From contig JAMCQB010000049.1 of NCBI GenBank assembly GCA_023382175.1, forward strand, positions 2,888 to 66,887: a stretch of 64,000 nt of DNA. Reading direction: 5' to 3'. The notes under the pieces were generated by a model that ran no database searches, had not been told where the DNA came from, and saw nothing but the letters and a program-made list of their open reading frames with translations. Numbering within the stretch: position 1 is the stretch's first letter; each line of letters opens with the position of its first letter. The stretch comes from Nitrospirota bacterium (GTDB taxonomy: Bacteria > Nitrospirota > Thermodesulfovibrionia > Thermodesulfovibrionales > UBA9159). The position numbers were made by a program, and so were the translations under genes. Positions 34,874 to 44,531 of the stretch are shown here, one piece after another.

Positions 34874-35656
34874 ATGGGGATGCTTCTTGTCATAGATATT
34901 GGGAATTCTTCAATAACTACAGGCATTTTTACCGATGACCGTCTTTTGGGCCGGTTTGAAATTCCGACCCGTTCCCCGCGTGATGTCGGCTACTACAGGG
35001 GCAAAATGGAGGCGTTCCTGGCGAAAAAAAGCGGAGAAAAACCCCTTGACGGAGTTATAATATCCTCGGTTGTGCCGGAGCTTACAGATACCCTTGCTCG
35101 CTCTGTGAGGGGTGTGAGCACCGGGGAACCCGTGACTGTGGATTCTTTGAACTCAGGGCTTATCTTTGATTTGGAAAGGCCCGAAGAGATCGGCTCCGAC
35201 AGGGTCGCCAATGCTGTGGCTGCTCTGGATGCTATGGGATCTCCGGTGGCAGTGGTTGACTTTGGCACTGCAACAACCATCAGCGTTGTCAGAGACGGCT
35301 GTTTCCTCGGAGGAGCCATATTACCGGGAGTAAGGCTTATGGGTGAAGCCCTTCACAGGGGCACAGCGAAGCTTCCTGCCGTGGACCTGGTGGGGGAAAC
35401 AGAGGGTCTGGTTTCTCCTGTGGCAGCCCTGGGGAAAAGCACGACGATGTGCATTATTTCTGGTATGATATATGGGACCGCGGGGGCGGTGGAGAGGATT
35501 ATGAGAGGGATTGAAAGAGAGGAAGGGTGTGTTTTCAAGGTTGCGGCCACAGGGGGATATTCATCCATGGCAGTGCGTTATATGGAAAGGGAGTATTTCC
35601 TGGATCCTGACCTGACCCTCAAGGGATTGCGATTAATTTACGAGAGGAATGCCTGA
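34874..35656 (+). CDS. coaX: type III pantothenate kinase
   Basis: LLVIDIGNS, GSDR and DFGTATT motifs. Confidence 0.85.
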   Translation: MGMLLVIDIGNSSITTGIFTDDRLLGRFEIPTRSPRDVGYYRGKMEAFLAKKSGEKPLDGVIISSVVPELTDTLARSVRGVSTGEPVTVDSLNSGLIFDLERPEEIGSDRVANAVAALDAMGSPVAVVDFGTATTISVVRDGCFLGGAILPGVRLMGEALHRGTAKLPAVDLVGETEGLVSPVAALGKSTTMCIISGMIYGTAGAVERIMRGIEREEGCVFKVAATGGYSSMAVRYMEREYFLDPDLTLKGLRLIYERNA

Positions 35657-36648
35657 TGCATGAGTTGAGGAAAGACCCTTTATTAGGCAGGTGGGTTGCG
35701 GTGGTGAGCGATTCAAAGTCACCTGATGACTACCGCTTTCCCACTGAGGAGACAAAAGAGACTTCATGCGTCCTCTGTCCCGGAAGGGAAGAGGAGACGC
35801 CTCCCGAGATCGTTGCCGTAAGGGAGGGGGACAAGTGGTGGACGAGGGTCATTCCCAATTTCAGGCCGATCTTGCACGTGGAGGGCGATCTCGGCAGAAA
35901 AGGCCTGGGAATGTATGACAAGATGAACAGCGTCGGCGCCAATGAGATAATCATCGACAGCCCTGAGCACAATAGGCAGCCGGAAGATATGGGGGTTGAA
36001 CAGGTGCTGCGTATCATAAGGTTATACAGGGACAGGGTTGCGGATCTCGAAAAGGACCAGAGGTTGCGCTATATCCTCATATTCAAGAATTCGGGGAAGG
36101 GCGCAGGCGCGGCATACAGCCATCCCCATTCAGAGGTCATGGCTACGCCCATAATCCCCAAGCTCATCAAAGAAGAACTGGACGGCGCAAAACAGTATTA
36201 CGCATACAAAGAACGGTGTATCTTCTGCGATATCATGAGGGAGGAGTTAAGGGTGGGCGAGAGGGTGATATTCGAGACCAGGGATTTCTTTATCTTCAGT
36301 CCCTTTGCCCCAAAGTTTCCCTTTGAGTCCTGGATAGTGCCGAAGAGACACGGGTGCGCCTTCCAGGACATCACTGACAGCGAGATGGAGGACCTCAGTC
36401 TCATGCTTTTCACTGTTCTGAAGAAGATGAGGCGCGTTCTTGGAGATTCTCCGTACAATTATGTCATCCACACGGCGCCCAACAGGATCCCGAGACGTAA
36501 CCACTGGCATACTCTGGGAGACGATTTCCACTGGCATATAGAGATAATGCCCCGGCTTGTTATGATGAGCGGGTTTGAATGGGGTTCGGATTTTTATGTC
36601 TTGACAACATCCCCTGAGGATGCAGCAAAATATTTAAGGGAGGCTTAA
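35656..36648 (+). CDS. galT: galactose-1-phosphate uridylyltransferase (HIT superfamily)
   Basis: CVLCPG zinc motif and the HPHSE(V) active-site histidine pair. Confidence 0.8.
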   Translation: MHELRKDPLLGRWVAVVSDSKSPDDYRFPTEETKETSCVLCPGREEETPPEIVAVREGDKWWTRVIPNFRPILHVEGDLGRKGLGMYDKMNSVGANEIIIDSPEHNRQPEDMGVEQVLRIIRLYRDRVADLEKDQRLRYILIFKNSGKGAGAAYSHPHSEVMATPIIPKLIKEELDGAKQYYAYKERCIFCDIMREELRVGERVIFETRDFFIFSPFAPKFPFESWIVPKRHGCAFQDITDSEMEDLSLMLFTVLKKMRRVLGDSPYNYVIHTAPNRIPRRNHWHTLGDDFHWHIEIMPRLVMMSGFEWGSDFYVLTTSPEDAAKYLREA

Positions 36649-36649
36649 T

Positions 36650-37114
36650 ATGGAGATCAAAAGGATTCTTTTCCCCACGGACATTTCTGAAGGTTCTGCG
36701 CATGCAGTTCCCTTTGTGGCGGACCTGACAAAGCACTATGGAGCAAAACTGTACATTGTCCATGTCATGTACGATGTGGCCCGTGCTACGGGATGGTATG
36801 TTCCCCACATAAGCATGGACGAACTTTACAGGGATATCGCTTCCAATGCCATGAAAGAAATAGAGAAATGTTGCGTCGAGGAACTCAGAGGATACAAGGA
36901 TATAGAGTATACGATCTTAAAGGGAGTGCCTCACGAAGAGATATTGAAGTTTGCCGAGGAAAACAAGATCGACATGATCATCATGGGAACCCACAGCAGG
37001 AAGGGACTGGACAGGGTGATATTCGGCAGCACAGCAGAAAGGGTGGTAAGACACGCCCCCTGCGCCGTTCTCACCGTGGGGTTTCCTGTGCAGAAGAAGG
37101 AGAAGGGGCAATAG
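36650..37114 (+). CDS. universal stress protein (UspA family)
   Basis: ILFPTD...IVHV...MGTHSRKGLDRVIFGSTAERVVRHAPCAVLTV. Confidence 0.85.
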   Translation: MEIKRILFPTDISEGSAHAVPFVADLTKHYGAKLYIVHVMYDVARATGWYVPHISMDELYRDIASNAMKEIEKCCVEELRGYKDIEYTILKGVPHEEILKFAEENKIDMIIMGTHSRKGLDRVIFGSTAERVVRHAPCAVLTVGFPVQKKEKGQ

Positions 37115-37143
37115 AGAACAATGGACGTTTGCCGTAGAATACG

Positions 37144-37656
37144 ATGAGGGTCTATCTGTCTGAAAATGCATTTATCGATATCCTCCTCAGCTCCGCCGAA
37201 GTCTACCGGAGGGAATGCCTTGGATATTTGCTTGGTTACCGGCTGGAGGACAGGTTCATTGTGGAGCACGCCTTCAGTTTCCAGACCGCAAACAGGCGGC
37301 ATAAAGGTGTTGTGGTCCACGAAAAGAACCACAAGAAGATAGAGCCTATCCTTGGCAAGTTCGAAAAGCTGCAGATCATCGGCGACTTTCATTCCCACAC
37401 CCAGTTTGGCCCCACCAAGGGACTCCCGTTCCCCAGTGAGGAGGACATCGCAGGGATGAAACAGGGTCTCATTTATCTGATTATCGCCATTAATAATAAT
37501 GAAAAGACCGTAGGGTGGGGCGAGAACAGAGACGGCACCATTTCCGGATCAGCGGGAGATTTCTTCTTTAAGATCTCAGCTTATTTCATCAATAAGAATA
37601 CCTCAAAGCGAGCAAGAATTCACTGTCCCTTTCCCCCGGGTTTCCTCAACTCGTGA
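37144..37656 (+). CDS. JAB/MPN (JAMM) domain metalloprotease-like protein
   Basis: The JAMM-like pattern E...HSH-x(n)-SEED (GDFHSHTQFG...PSEEDI). Confidence 0.6.
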   Translation: MRVYLSENAFIDILLSSAEVYRRECLGYLLGYRLEDRFIVEHAFSFQTANRRHKGVVVHEKNHKKIEPILGKFEKLQIIGDFHSHTQFGPTKGLPFPSEEDIAGMKQGLIYLIIAINNNEKTVGWGENRDGTISGSAGDFFFKISAYFINKNTSKRARIHCPFPPGFLNS

Positions 37657-37760
37657 TGAGTAATGTGTAAAGCGTAATGAGTAAATCTCCAGAATATCAG
37701 ACGGTTCGGCTTACATATTATTGTCCTTTAACTCATTACGTATTACGCATAACTCGTTAC
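37655..37760. repeat. inverted repeat of the CGTAATG-type family (variant)
   Basis: The arms gtgatgagtaatgtgtaaagcgtaatgagtaaa and tttaactcattacgtattacgcataactcgttac are about 80 percent complementary and separated by about 40 bp. Confidence 0.55.
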
Positions 37761-37768
37761 GGCCTTTA

Positions 37769-38869
37769 ATGATACTCAGGACGCAGGTATTGGTTGTGGG
37801 AGGCGGGCCCGCGGGTTCTACTGCGGCACGGCTTCTTGCCGCACACGGCATGGATACCCTCCTGGTAGAGAGAGATTTCTCCTTCGTAAAGCCGTGTGGG
37901 GGAGGAATCCCGTCAACCGTCTTCCCAGAGGTGGGAATACCTGAAAAGCCGGTGAGGAAACATGTTCACGCGTTGAGGGTTGTCTCTCCCAAGGGAGATA
38001 CCCTGAATGTAAAACTCGATGGAGGCTCCATCGCCATTGTAGAGAGGGGCGATTTTGACCATGTCCTCAGGACGGAGGCGGAAAGATCAGGAGCGCGTCT
38101 TCTTGAAGCGGAATTCAGCCGCTTTAATGATGTCGGAAGGACGGTGACGGCACAATTGGCGCTGAATCAGCCTCCCCATCTCATGACGGTGCAGGCAGAT
38201 TATGTGATCGCCGCGGACGGGGTCAACTCAAGGGTGAAGACTGCACTGAACATCAGGCCTTCTCCCTCGGTCCTTACCGTTTCTGAAAAGATAAAGGACG
38301 AGGAAAGCGATGCCTGTGAATTCTGGTTTGGTTCATCCCACGCCCCTCGGTGTTATTCGTGGGTATTTCCGCAAAAGGAAGGCGTCTCGGCGGGTACAGG
38401 GGCCTTTGGATATGCCGAAATAAAGAGCCTGTGGCAGAGGTTTCTTGTGAGGAGAGGGCTGAAATCAGGGGGGCTCTTAAGGGGATACAGAATACCGTTA
38501 TGGCAGGGAGATCTGTATCATTCAGGGAGGATTCTCTTTGTGGGGGATGCAGCAGGCCAGGTAATGCCCTTCACGTGTGAGGGCATCTATTATGCCATGA
38601 AGTCAGGGGAGTTTGCGGCAATGGCGGTGCTCGCGGGCAAGGCAGAAGACTATAAAAGGCTGTGGGAAAAGAGGTTTCAGAAACGATTCTCGCTCATGAA
38701 AAAACTCTGGGCGTATTTTCTGAAGGGCGACCGCCGGGCAGAAAAAATCGTCCAGGTGCATAAGAGGCCGGAAGTACGGGAAATGTCCCTGGCCCTCTGG
38801 TTAAGAAAGGATTTAAGTAAGGAAAGCCTTCTTCCCTATATCAGCATCTTCAGGAGATTCCTGGGCTAA
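37769..38869 (+). CDS. geranylgeranyl reductase family FAD-dependent oxidoreductase
   Basis: The VVGGGPAGSTAA dinucleotide-binding motif and the GDAAG motif. The start is set at ATG 37769. Confidence 0.75.
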   Translation: MILRTQVLVVGGGPAGSTAARLLAAHGMDTLLVERDFSFVKPCGGGIPSTVFPEVGIPEKPVRKHVHALRVVSPKGDTLNVKLDGGSIAIVERGDFDHVLRTEAERSGARLLEAEFSRFNDVGRTVTAQLALNQPPHLMTVQADYVIAADGVNSRVKTALNIRPSPSVLTVSEKIKDEESDACEFWFGSSHAPRCYSWVFPQKEGVSAGTGAFGYAEIKSLWQRFLVRRGLKSGGLLRGYRIPLWQGDLYHSGRILFVGDAAGQVMPFTCEGIYYAMKSGEFAAMAVLAGKAEDYKRLWEKRFQKRFSLMKKLWAYFLKGDRRAEKIVQVHKRPEVREMSLALWLRKDLSKESLLPYISIFRRFLG

Positions 38870-38898
38870 GCGCTCTCACCAATAAGCCAGTTCCGAAA

Positions 38899-39801
38899 AT
38901 GAAACTCTTCTTTTTAGAGAAGGAAAGTTACAAAGCCCCCCAATGGAAACTGTCGCTGACATTTTCCCTGATGATACACGTCCTGGCGGTGGTATTGATC
39001 TTTTATGTTCCCCACGCCAGGAAGGAAACCGGGGCTCCTTTTGTGACCAGGCTTGTCAGCCCGGAGGAACTGAGCAGAGTGTTCCCGCCTGAGCCTTCCG
39101 TAAGGAGGCTTCCGGAAGAGGGATTGAGATCACGGCCGTCTCAGCCTGTGCCTGTGGTCCCTCGCGCAGCGAAGCCTGTCATGCCCCGGAGAGAGGTCCC
39201 TGCCATTCCTTCCCCTTCCGTGAAACCGCGGCAGAGGGAAGCCGAAAAGGGATTGGCCTCGGAGAGCGGCGCCAGGGGGATGAGGGATAAGGAAGTGCCG
39301 GGGCAGGAAGCTTCCCCAGGCGCACCTGGAGCGAGCGTACCGAGGGGGAGCGGTACATCCAATGCACAGAGGGGTCCCGCAACAGCGCCTTCTCCGTCCC
39401 TTAGGGAGAAGTTGTTCGACAGGGAGATCGTGGAGAAATATGCAAAGAGGGAGGAGAGCAGGCAGGACAACAGTATCACATTCGACACGGGGGAGTTCAA
39501 ATATGAAACCTATATGATGCGACTAAAGGATCGGATCGAAGGGATATGGCATTACCCCTCAGAGGCGGCAATGAGGGGGATATACGGCGATCTCTATATA
39601 CGGTTTACCATAAAGAAGAATGGCAGGCTGAGTGATGTGGAACTGGTACGGACCTCAGGCCATAGAAGTCTTGATCAGGCAGCAATGCAGGCGCTTAAGG
39701 ATGGTGAACCCTACTGGCCATTACCCGGTGAGTGGGGCAAGGATGCCCTGACCATCACAGGACATTTTGTTTATTCCATTTACGGGACATACATAAGATA
39801 G
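38899..39801 (+). CDS. TonB-family energy transducer (N-terminal TM, Pro-rich linker, TonB C-terminal domain)
   Basis: A TM anchor, a proline-rich region, and a C-terminal YP..A...G..G.V.V.F.I...G pattern. Confidence 0.7.
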   Translation: MKLFFLEKESYKAPQWKLSLTFSLMIHVLAVVLIFYVPHARKETGAPFVTRLVSPEELSRVFPPEPSVRRLPEEGLRSRPSQPVPVVPRAAKPVMPRREVPAIPSPSVKPRQREAEKGLASESGARGMRDKEVPGQEASPGAPGASVPRGSGTSNAQRGPATAPSPSLREKLFDREIVEKYAKREESRQDNSITFDTGEFKYETYMMRLKDRIEGIWHYPSEAAMRGIYGDLYIRFTIKKNGRLSDVELVRTSGHRSLDQAAMQALKDGEPYWPLPGEWGKDALTITGHFVYSIYGTYIR

Positions 39802-39852
39802 AGACCACAGTCCCTATGCATCCGTTCCGCCGGAAAATAGACATAGAAAGTT

Positions 39853-39928
39853 GTCATTGCGAGCAAAGCGAAGCAATCTCGTCTTTTGTGATAAGATTGC
39901 CACGCACCCTGCGGGTGCTCGCAATGAC
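39853..39928. repeat. nested palindromic repeat, GTCATTGCGAGC...GCTCGCAATGAC family, copy 2
   Basis: The outer arms are a perfect 12-bp complement. The inner arms are GCAATCT / AGATTGC. Confidence 0.7.
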
Positions 39929-40038
39929 GGTTATTCAGGGCTTTTAGTATTCTATGTCTATTGCTCTTTTCTTGTAAAGGGCTTGTGCTTTATGGTATTT
40001 TTCAGATATTTTCTGTCCGCGAATCGTAGAGAAGGAGA

Positions 40039-42636
40039 GTGACCTTGGAAGAGAGATACAACCCGCAGAGTGTTGAACTGAAGTGGCAGAAATACTGGGC
40101 TGAGAAGGGACTTTACCGGACCGATATGGATGCTGCCAGGGAAAAATTCTATTGTCTCGAGATGTTTCCCTATCCCTCCGGAAAGATCCATATGGGACAT
40201 GTGCGCAATTATGCCATCGGGGATGTCATCGCGAGGTGGAAGAGCATGCGCGGATACAACGTGCTCCATCCCATGGGGTGGGATGCCTTCGGCCTTCCTG
40301 CGGAAAACGCGGCCATAAAACAGGGAGTGCACCCCGCCCAATGGACGTACGAGAATATCGGCTACATGAAACAGCAGTTACAGCGTATGGGGCTCAGCTA
40401 TGACTGGGACAGGGAGGTAGCCACCTGCAGCCCTGAGTATTACCGGTGGAACCAGTGGTTTTTCCTGAAGATGCTCGAAAGGAACCTGGCGTACAAAAGA
40501 TCGTCATTTGTGAACTGGTGCCAATCGTGCACAACGGTCCTGGCCAATGAACAGGTAATTAACGGAAAATGCTGGAGGTGTGACAGCGAGGTGATCCAGA
40601 AGGAGCTGGAACAGTGGTTCTTCAGGATCACCCATTATGCCGAGGAACTCCTTGAAGGATGTGAAAAGCTCACCGGATGGCCTGAGAATGTGGTGGCAAT
40701 GCAGAAAAACTGGATCGGCAAGAGTGAGGGGGTGGAGATGGATTTCTCCGTTGACGGACAGGAGGAAAAGATACGGATCTTCACCACACGGCCTGATACC
40801 CTCTGGGGCGCAACCTTTGTCTGCATTGCGCCGGGACATTTCCTTTCAGAAAAGCTCGTCGCCGACAAGGAAAAACTGAATGCAGTGAAGGCGAAATATG
40901 GGGAAATGGAAGAGAAAGAGGGTTTGTTTACCGGTCATTATGCCGTTAACCCCATGAATAACGAAAAGATTCCGATCTATGTGGCGAATTTTGTCCTGAT
41001 GGAATACGGTACCGGCGCCATCATGTCCGTCCCTGCCCATGACCAGCGGGACTTCGAGTTTGCAAAAAAATATAACCTTCCTATTCGGGTTGTGATCGCG
41101 CCGGAGAATGACGCTGGGAATGGGAGAAGCGGTGAAACGGTGAAGTCTCCGGGTCTCCGGGTCTCCGGGTCTCCGGGTCATTCTCTCACCGAGGCATATG
41201 AAGGAGAGGGCATTCTCGTGAATTCCGGGAAATTCAACGGCATGAGGAGCGAAGTGGCGAAGAAAGAGATCGGAATATTCATTGAAGAGAAGGGGCTCGG
41301 CAGGAGGGTGATCAATTACAAGCTTCGGGACTGGGGCATCTCTCGCCAGAGGTACTGGGGAACGCCGATTCCCGTAGTTTATTGCAGGAAATGCGGCATC
41401 GTCCCTGTGGATGATAAAGACCTTCCCGTGGTACTTCCTGAAGATGTGAAGTTCACCGGCAAGGGAGGTTCCCCCCTCCTTGATTCAGAAGACTTTCTGA
41501 GAACCGGATGTCCCCGGTGCGGCGGAGAAGCGAGGCGTGAGACCGATACCATGGACACCTTTGTGGATTCCTCCTGGTATTTTTTGCGGTACTGTTCGAA
41601 AAAAGACGAAGATGCCCTGGACAAAGACAATATCGCATACTGGATGCCGGTGGATCAGTACATAGGGGGCGTTGAACACGCAGTTCTCCACCTCCTCTAC
41701 TCCCGGTTCTTCACCCGGGTGATACGGGATATCGGCATTCTTGATTTCGATGAGCCCTTCACGAATCTTCTCACCCAGGGGATGGTATGCATGGAGACCC
41801 TCAAATGCCCCGAGCACGGATGGCTTTTCCCGGAGGAGGCGAAGGATGAAAAGTGTGTGCAGTGTGGCAGGGAGATAGCCAGGGGCAGGGTCGAAAAGAT
41901 GTCGAAATCGAAAAAAAATGTGGTGGACCCGGACCATCTCATCGACCGATACGGAGCTGACACATCCCGGCTGTTTTCCCTTTTTGCGGCGCCCCCTGAA
42001 AAGGACCTGGAATGGGCGGATAAGGGAGTTGAGGGGGCTTACAGGTTCCTGAACAGGATGTGGGGTATTGTGTATAAAAACCGTGACGTGTTACGCGTAA
42101 TGCGTGACAGGTTGGAATACACGGACTCATCACGTGTCACGGATCACGCATTACGGTTGTTACGGAAGACCCATCAAACCATAAAGCGGGTGAGCACGGA
42201 TATCGAAAGGGAGTATCATTTCAATACCGCCATTGCTGGCCTCATGGAGCTGGTGAATGAACTCTCGGCCTTTCAACCCCAGAGTGATGAGGATCGTGCA
42301 GTCTTGAAGCATTCCATCGAGACGGCCCTTTTGCTCCTCTCTCCTTTTTCCCCTCACATCGCAGAAGAGTTATGGGAGGCTATGGGCAATGAACCGAGCA
42401 TATTCGGTCAGAAGTGGCCGCAATGGGATGAAGAGACCGCGAGGGAAGAGGAGATAGAGCTTGTTATTCAGGTAAACGGAAAGGTGAGGTCAAAGGTGAT
42501 GGTCCCTCATGGCCTCGCGGATGAGGAGATAAAGCAGAGGACCATGAACGAGCCGAGGATTAAAGAGATCCTCGGGGACAAAACCATCAGGAAGATTTTT
42601 GTCGTCAAAGGCAAACTCGTAAATATCGTAATGTAG
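40039..42636 (+). CDS. leuS: leucine--tRNA ligase
   Basis: The HMGH (HIGH-class) and KMSKS motifs in a full-length 865-aa protein. GTG start lies behind GAAGGAG. Confidence 0.97.
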   Translation: MTLEERYNPQSVELKWQKYWAEKGLYRTDMDAAREKFYCLEMFPYPSGKIHMGHVRNYAIGDVIARWKSMRGYNVLHPMGWDAFGLPAENAAIKQGVHPAQWTYENIGYMKQQLQRMGLSYDWDREVATCSPEYYRWNQWFFLKMLERNLAYKRSSFVNWCQSCTTVLANEQVINGKCWRCDSEVIQKELEQWFFRITHYAEELLEGCEKLTGWPENVVAMQKNWIGKSEGVEMDFSVDGQEEKIRIFTTRPDTLWGATFVCIAPGHFLSEKLVADKEKLNAVKAKYGEMEEKEGLFTGHYAVNPMNNEKIPIYVANFVLMEYGTGAIMSVPAHDQRDFEFAKKYNLPIRVVIAPENDAGNGRSGETVKSPGLRVSGSPGHSLTEAYEGEGILVNSGKFNGMRSEVAKKEIGIFIEEKGLGRRVINYKLRDWGISRQRYWGTPIPVVYCRKCGIVPVDDKDLPVVLPEDVKFTGKGGSPLLDSEDFLRTGCPRCGGEARRETDTMDTFVDSSWYFLRYCSKKDEDALDKDNIAYWMPVDQYIGGVEHAVLHLLYSRFFTRVIRDIGILDFDEPFTNLLTQGMVCMETLKCPEHGWLFPEEAKDEKCVQCGREIARGRVEKMSKSKKNVVDPDHLIDRYGADTSRLFSLFAAPPEKDLEWADKGVEGAYRFLNRMWGIVYKNRDVLRVMRDRLEYTDSSRVTDHALRLLRKTHQTIKRVSTDIEREYHFNTAIAGLMELVNELSAFQPQSDEDRAVLKHSIETALLLLSPFSPHIAEELWEAMGNEPSIFGQKWPQWDEETAREEEIELVIQVNGKVRSKVMVPHGLADEEIKQRTMNEPRIKEILGDKTIRKIFVVKGKLVNIVM
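41145..41179. repeat. 8-bp tandem repeat (GTCTCCGG x 4.4) inside the leuS coding sequence
   Basis: Four perfect tandem units at 41145-41176 plus a partial unit. They are translated as [13 protein letters not shown]. Confidence 0.8.
42081..42165. repeat. CGTAATGCGTGA-type palindromic element inside the leuS coding sequence
   Basis: The arms ccgtgacgtgttacgcgtaatgcgtgaca and tgtcacggatcacgcattacggttgttacgg share cgtaatgcgtga. It is related to the intergenic copy at 61103-61195. Confidence 0.6.
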
Positions 42637-42669
42637 CTTAGGTAATATTTGTGGCAATGACAGGAATAT

Positions 42670-43209
42670 ATGATTTTAAAATATTATAAACGATGGTTAT
42701 TCGTTTCCCTCTGTTGCCTCCTGTTGACCGGTTGCGGTTATACCTTCTACGGTAAATCCAACCTCCCTTTTCAATCCATAGCAGTGAGCAAAATCGTGAA
42801 TAAGACCTTTGAACCCAGCCTGGAAGACAGGATGCAGATAGCCCTCACCGATGAGTTAATGCGGAGCGGTTTTCTCATCGACAGCGGTGCGGGCTACAGG
42901 ATAACCGGGAACCTCACTACCTTTGAATTGAAAACCCTTTCGGAAAAGGGAGGGGGCGCAGTGGAATATGAGGTAACCATCAAGGGAGATTTCAGGCTTG
43001 TTGACCCGTTCGGCAGGGCCAGGGGACTGAGGAATCAAGGGGTCTTTATCGTCTCCTTCCCCAGTACCGATAGTCTCCAGACTGTTATTGCCCTGAAAGA
43101 AAGGGCTACGGAGAAAGCGTTGAAGGATTTTTCCTCGGAAATTGTGGCTTCCATCATTTACGACAGACCCGAGGTACAGAGTGGGGTTCCTCCCAGGGGC
43201 ACTCAATGA
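42670..43209 (+). CDS. lptE: LPS-assembly lipoprotein LptE
   Basis: The lipobox LLLTGC, the size, and the conserved leuS-lptE-holA synteny. Confidence 0.7.
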   Translation: MILKYYKRWLFVSLCCLLLTGCGYTFYGKSNLPFQSIAVSKIVNKTFEPSLEDRMQIALTDELMRSGFLIDSGAGYRITGNLTTFELKTLSEKGGGAVEYEVTIKGDFRLVDPFGRARGLRNQGVFIVSFPSTDSLQTVIALKERATEKALKDFSSEIVASIIYDRPEVQSGVPPRGTQ

Positions 43210-44090
43210 GCATTAAGCATTTTATCCAGGAGATTGAGAAAGGGTTAAAGGCACGCGTATATTTTCTCTATGCCGAGGACCCGTATCTCCTCAAGGAAGC
43301 CTCCATAATGGCCGAAGGGATAGTACCTGAAGGGGAACGGGACTTTTCGGTCAATCTCTTTGACCTTGATGGCATTGATGATGTGCCGCCCTTTGAACAG
43401 ATTATGGACGCGGTGAACACGATCCCTTTTATGGGGCAGCAGAAGGTTGTCATCATCGAAAACATCCAGGAACTTGCAAAAAAGGATATGGAACATCTTG
43501 AACGCTATACCGCGAACCCTTCCCCTTATTCCATTCTCATACTTCTGCACAGGGGCAGCCCGAAAGCCCAGTTTAAAGAACTGATGAAAAAAGCCAAAGC
43601 CACACCCCTGGACGTCAGGCCCCAGGAACTTCCCCTGTGGATTAAGGAAAAGGCCCTGCGCAAAGGGTTTGAAATAACCAATGAAGCGGTTGAATATCTC
43701 CTGGGCATTATCGGTCCGGATATCGGGCTGCTCTCATCTGAACTGGAAAAGGTCACCCTTATGGGGAAGAGCCGCATAGATACTGTGGACATCATGGACA
43801 TTGTCAGGGGAAGCAATGATTACGATGTCTTTGACCTTGTGAACGCCCTGAGGGACAGGGATACCCAGAAGGTTTTCAAGGTGGCAAAGACACTTCAGGA
43901 AACTCAGGAGTCATACGGCCTTCTGGGCGCCATCAACTGGCATTACAGCCGCATGTCTTTCAGAGACAAGGGGAGAACGGCTTACTACGACAAAGTATTT
44001 GAACTGCTCAATGAGGCAGATGTCCGGATAAAGACTTCAGGGGGAACTTTCCCCCTGGAATATTTGCTTGTTAGGCTGCTTCGGATCTGA
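43206..44090 (+). CDS. holA: DNA polymerase III subunit delta
   Basis: Synteny after lptE. The N-terminal YFLYAEDPYL pattern and the clamp-loader delta-like length (294 aa). Confidence 0.7.
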   Translation: MSIKHFIQEIEKGLKARVYFLYAEDPYLLKEASIMAEGIVPEGERDFSVNLFDLDGIDDVPPFEQIMDAVNTIPFMGQQKVVIIENIQELAKKDMEHLERYTANPSPYSILILLHRGSPKAQFKELMKKAKATPLDVRPQELPLWIKEKALRKGFEITNEAVEYLLGIIGPDIGLLSSELEKVTLMGKSRIDTVDIMDIVRGSNDYDVFDLVNALRDRDTQKVFKVAKTLQETQESYGLLGAINWHYSRMSFRDKGRTAYYDKVFELLNEADVRIKTSGGTFPLEYLLVRLLRI

Positions 44091-44367
44091 GAACGGTATT
44101 GGCCAGTTTCGCGAGACGGGATATCTTTCGGGAAGCAGTGTTTCTGTGTATCACGCCCTTTGATGCGGCCTTGCTGATGACCACAGCGGCTTCCATAAAC
44201 GCCTTATGGGCTTCTTCCTCGTTCTTCTCGCTCACCGCGGCCTCAACTTTCTTCGTGACCGTCTTAATCGCCGTTCTTACCGCTCTGTTATGAAGCCTGT
44301 GTTTTTCTGCCTGACGGGTTCTTTTGATGGCTGAAGGATTCTTCTTCGGTGCTGACTTACCTGCCAA
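44071..44367 (-). CDS. rpsT: 30S ribosomal protein S20
   Basis: SAIKRTRQAEKHRLHN... is the typical S20 N-terminus. Confidence 0.9.
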   Translation of the reverse strand: MAGKSAPKKNPSAIKRTRQAEKHRLHNRAVRTAIKTVTKKVEAAVSEKNEEEAHKAFMEAAVVISKAASKGVIHRNTASRKISRLAKLANTVLRSEAA

Positions 44368-44531
44368 TTTTCCCTCCTGTATTCGTGTTTTGAATAATGA
44401 CTTCTCGTTCTTTGAGGTAACTAAAATAGCATAACCTCTTAGGGAAAATCAATCACTGCCTCTGATTATGAGCACCTGCAGACATTCTAAAGCACCACCA
44501 TTTTCAGCGGCGGTATGGTAAAATCACGGGT

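Noticed and set aside
39958-40341. 127-aa minus-strand ORF
   Set aside because: It is antisense to the 5' end of leuS and to the intergenic repeat. It has no motifs.
19330-41179. Short tandem and palindromic repeats considered as a possible CRISPR array
   Set aside because: The units are 6-8 bp or single inverted repeats, there are no 25-40 bp direct repeats with unique spacers, and no cas genes are present in the window.
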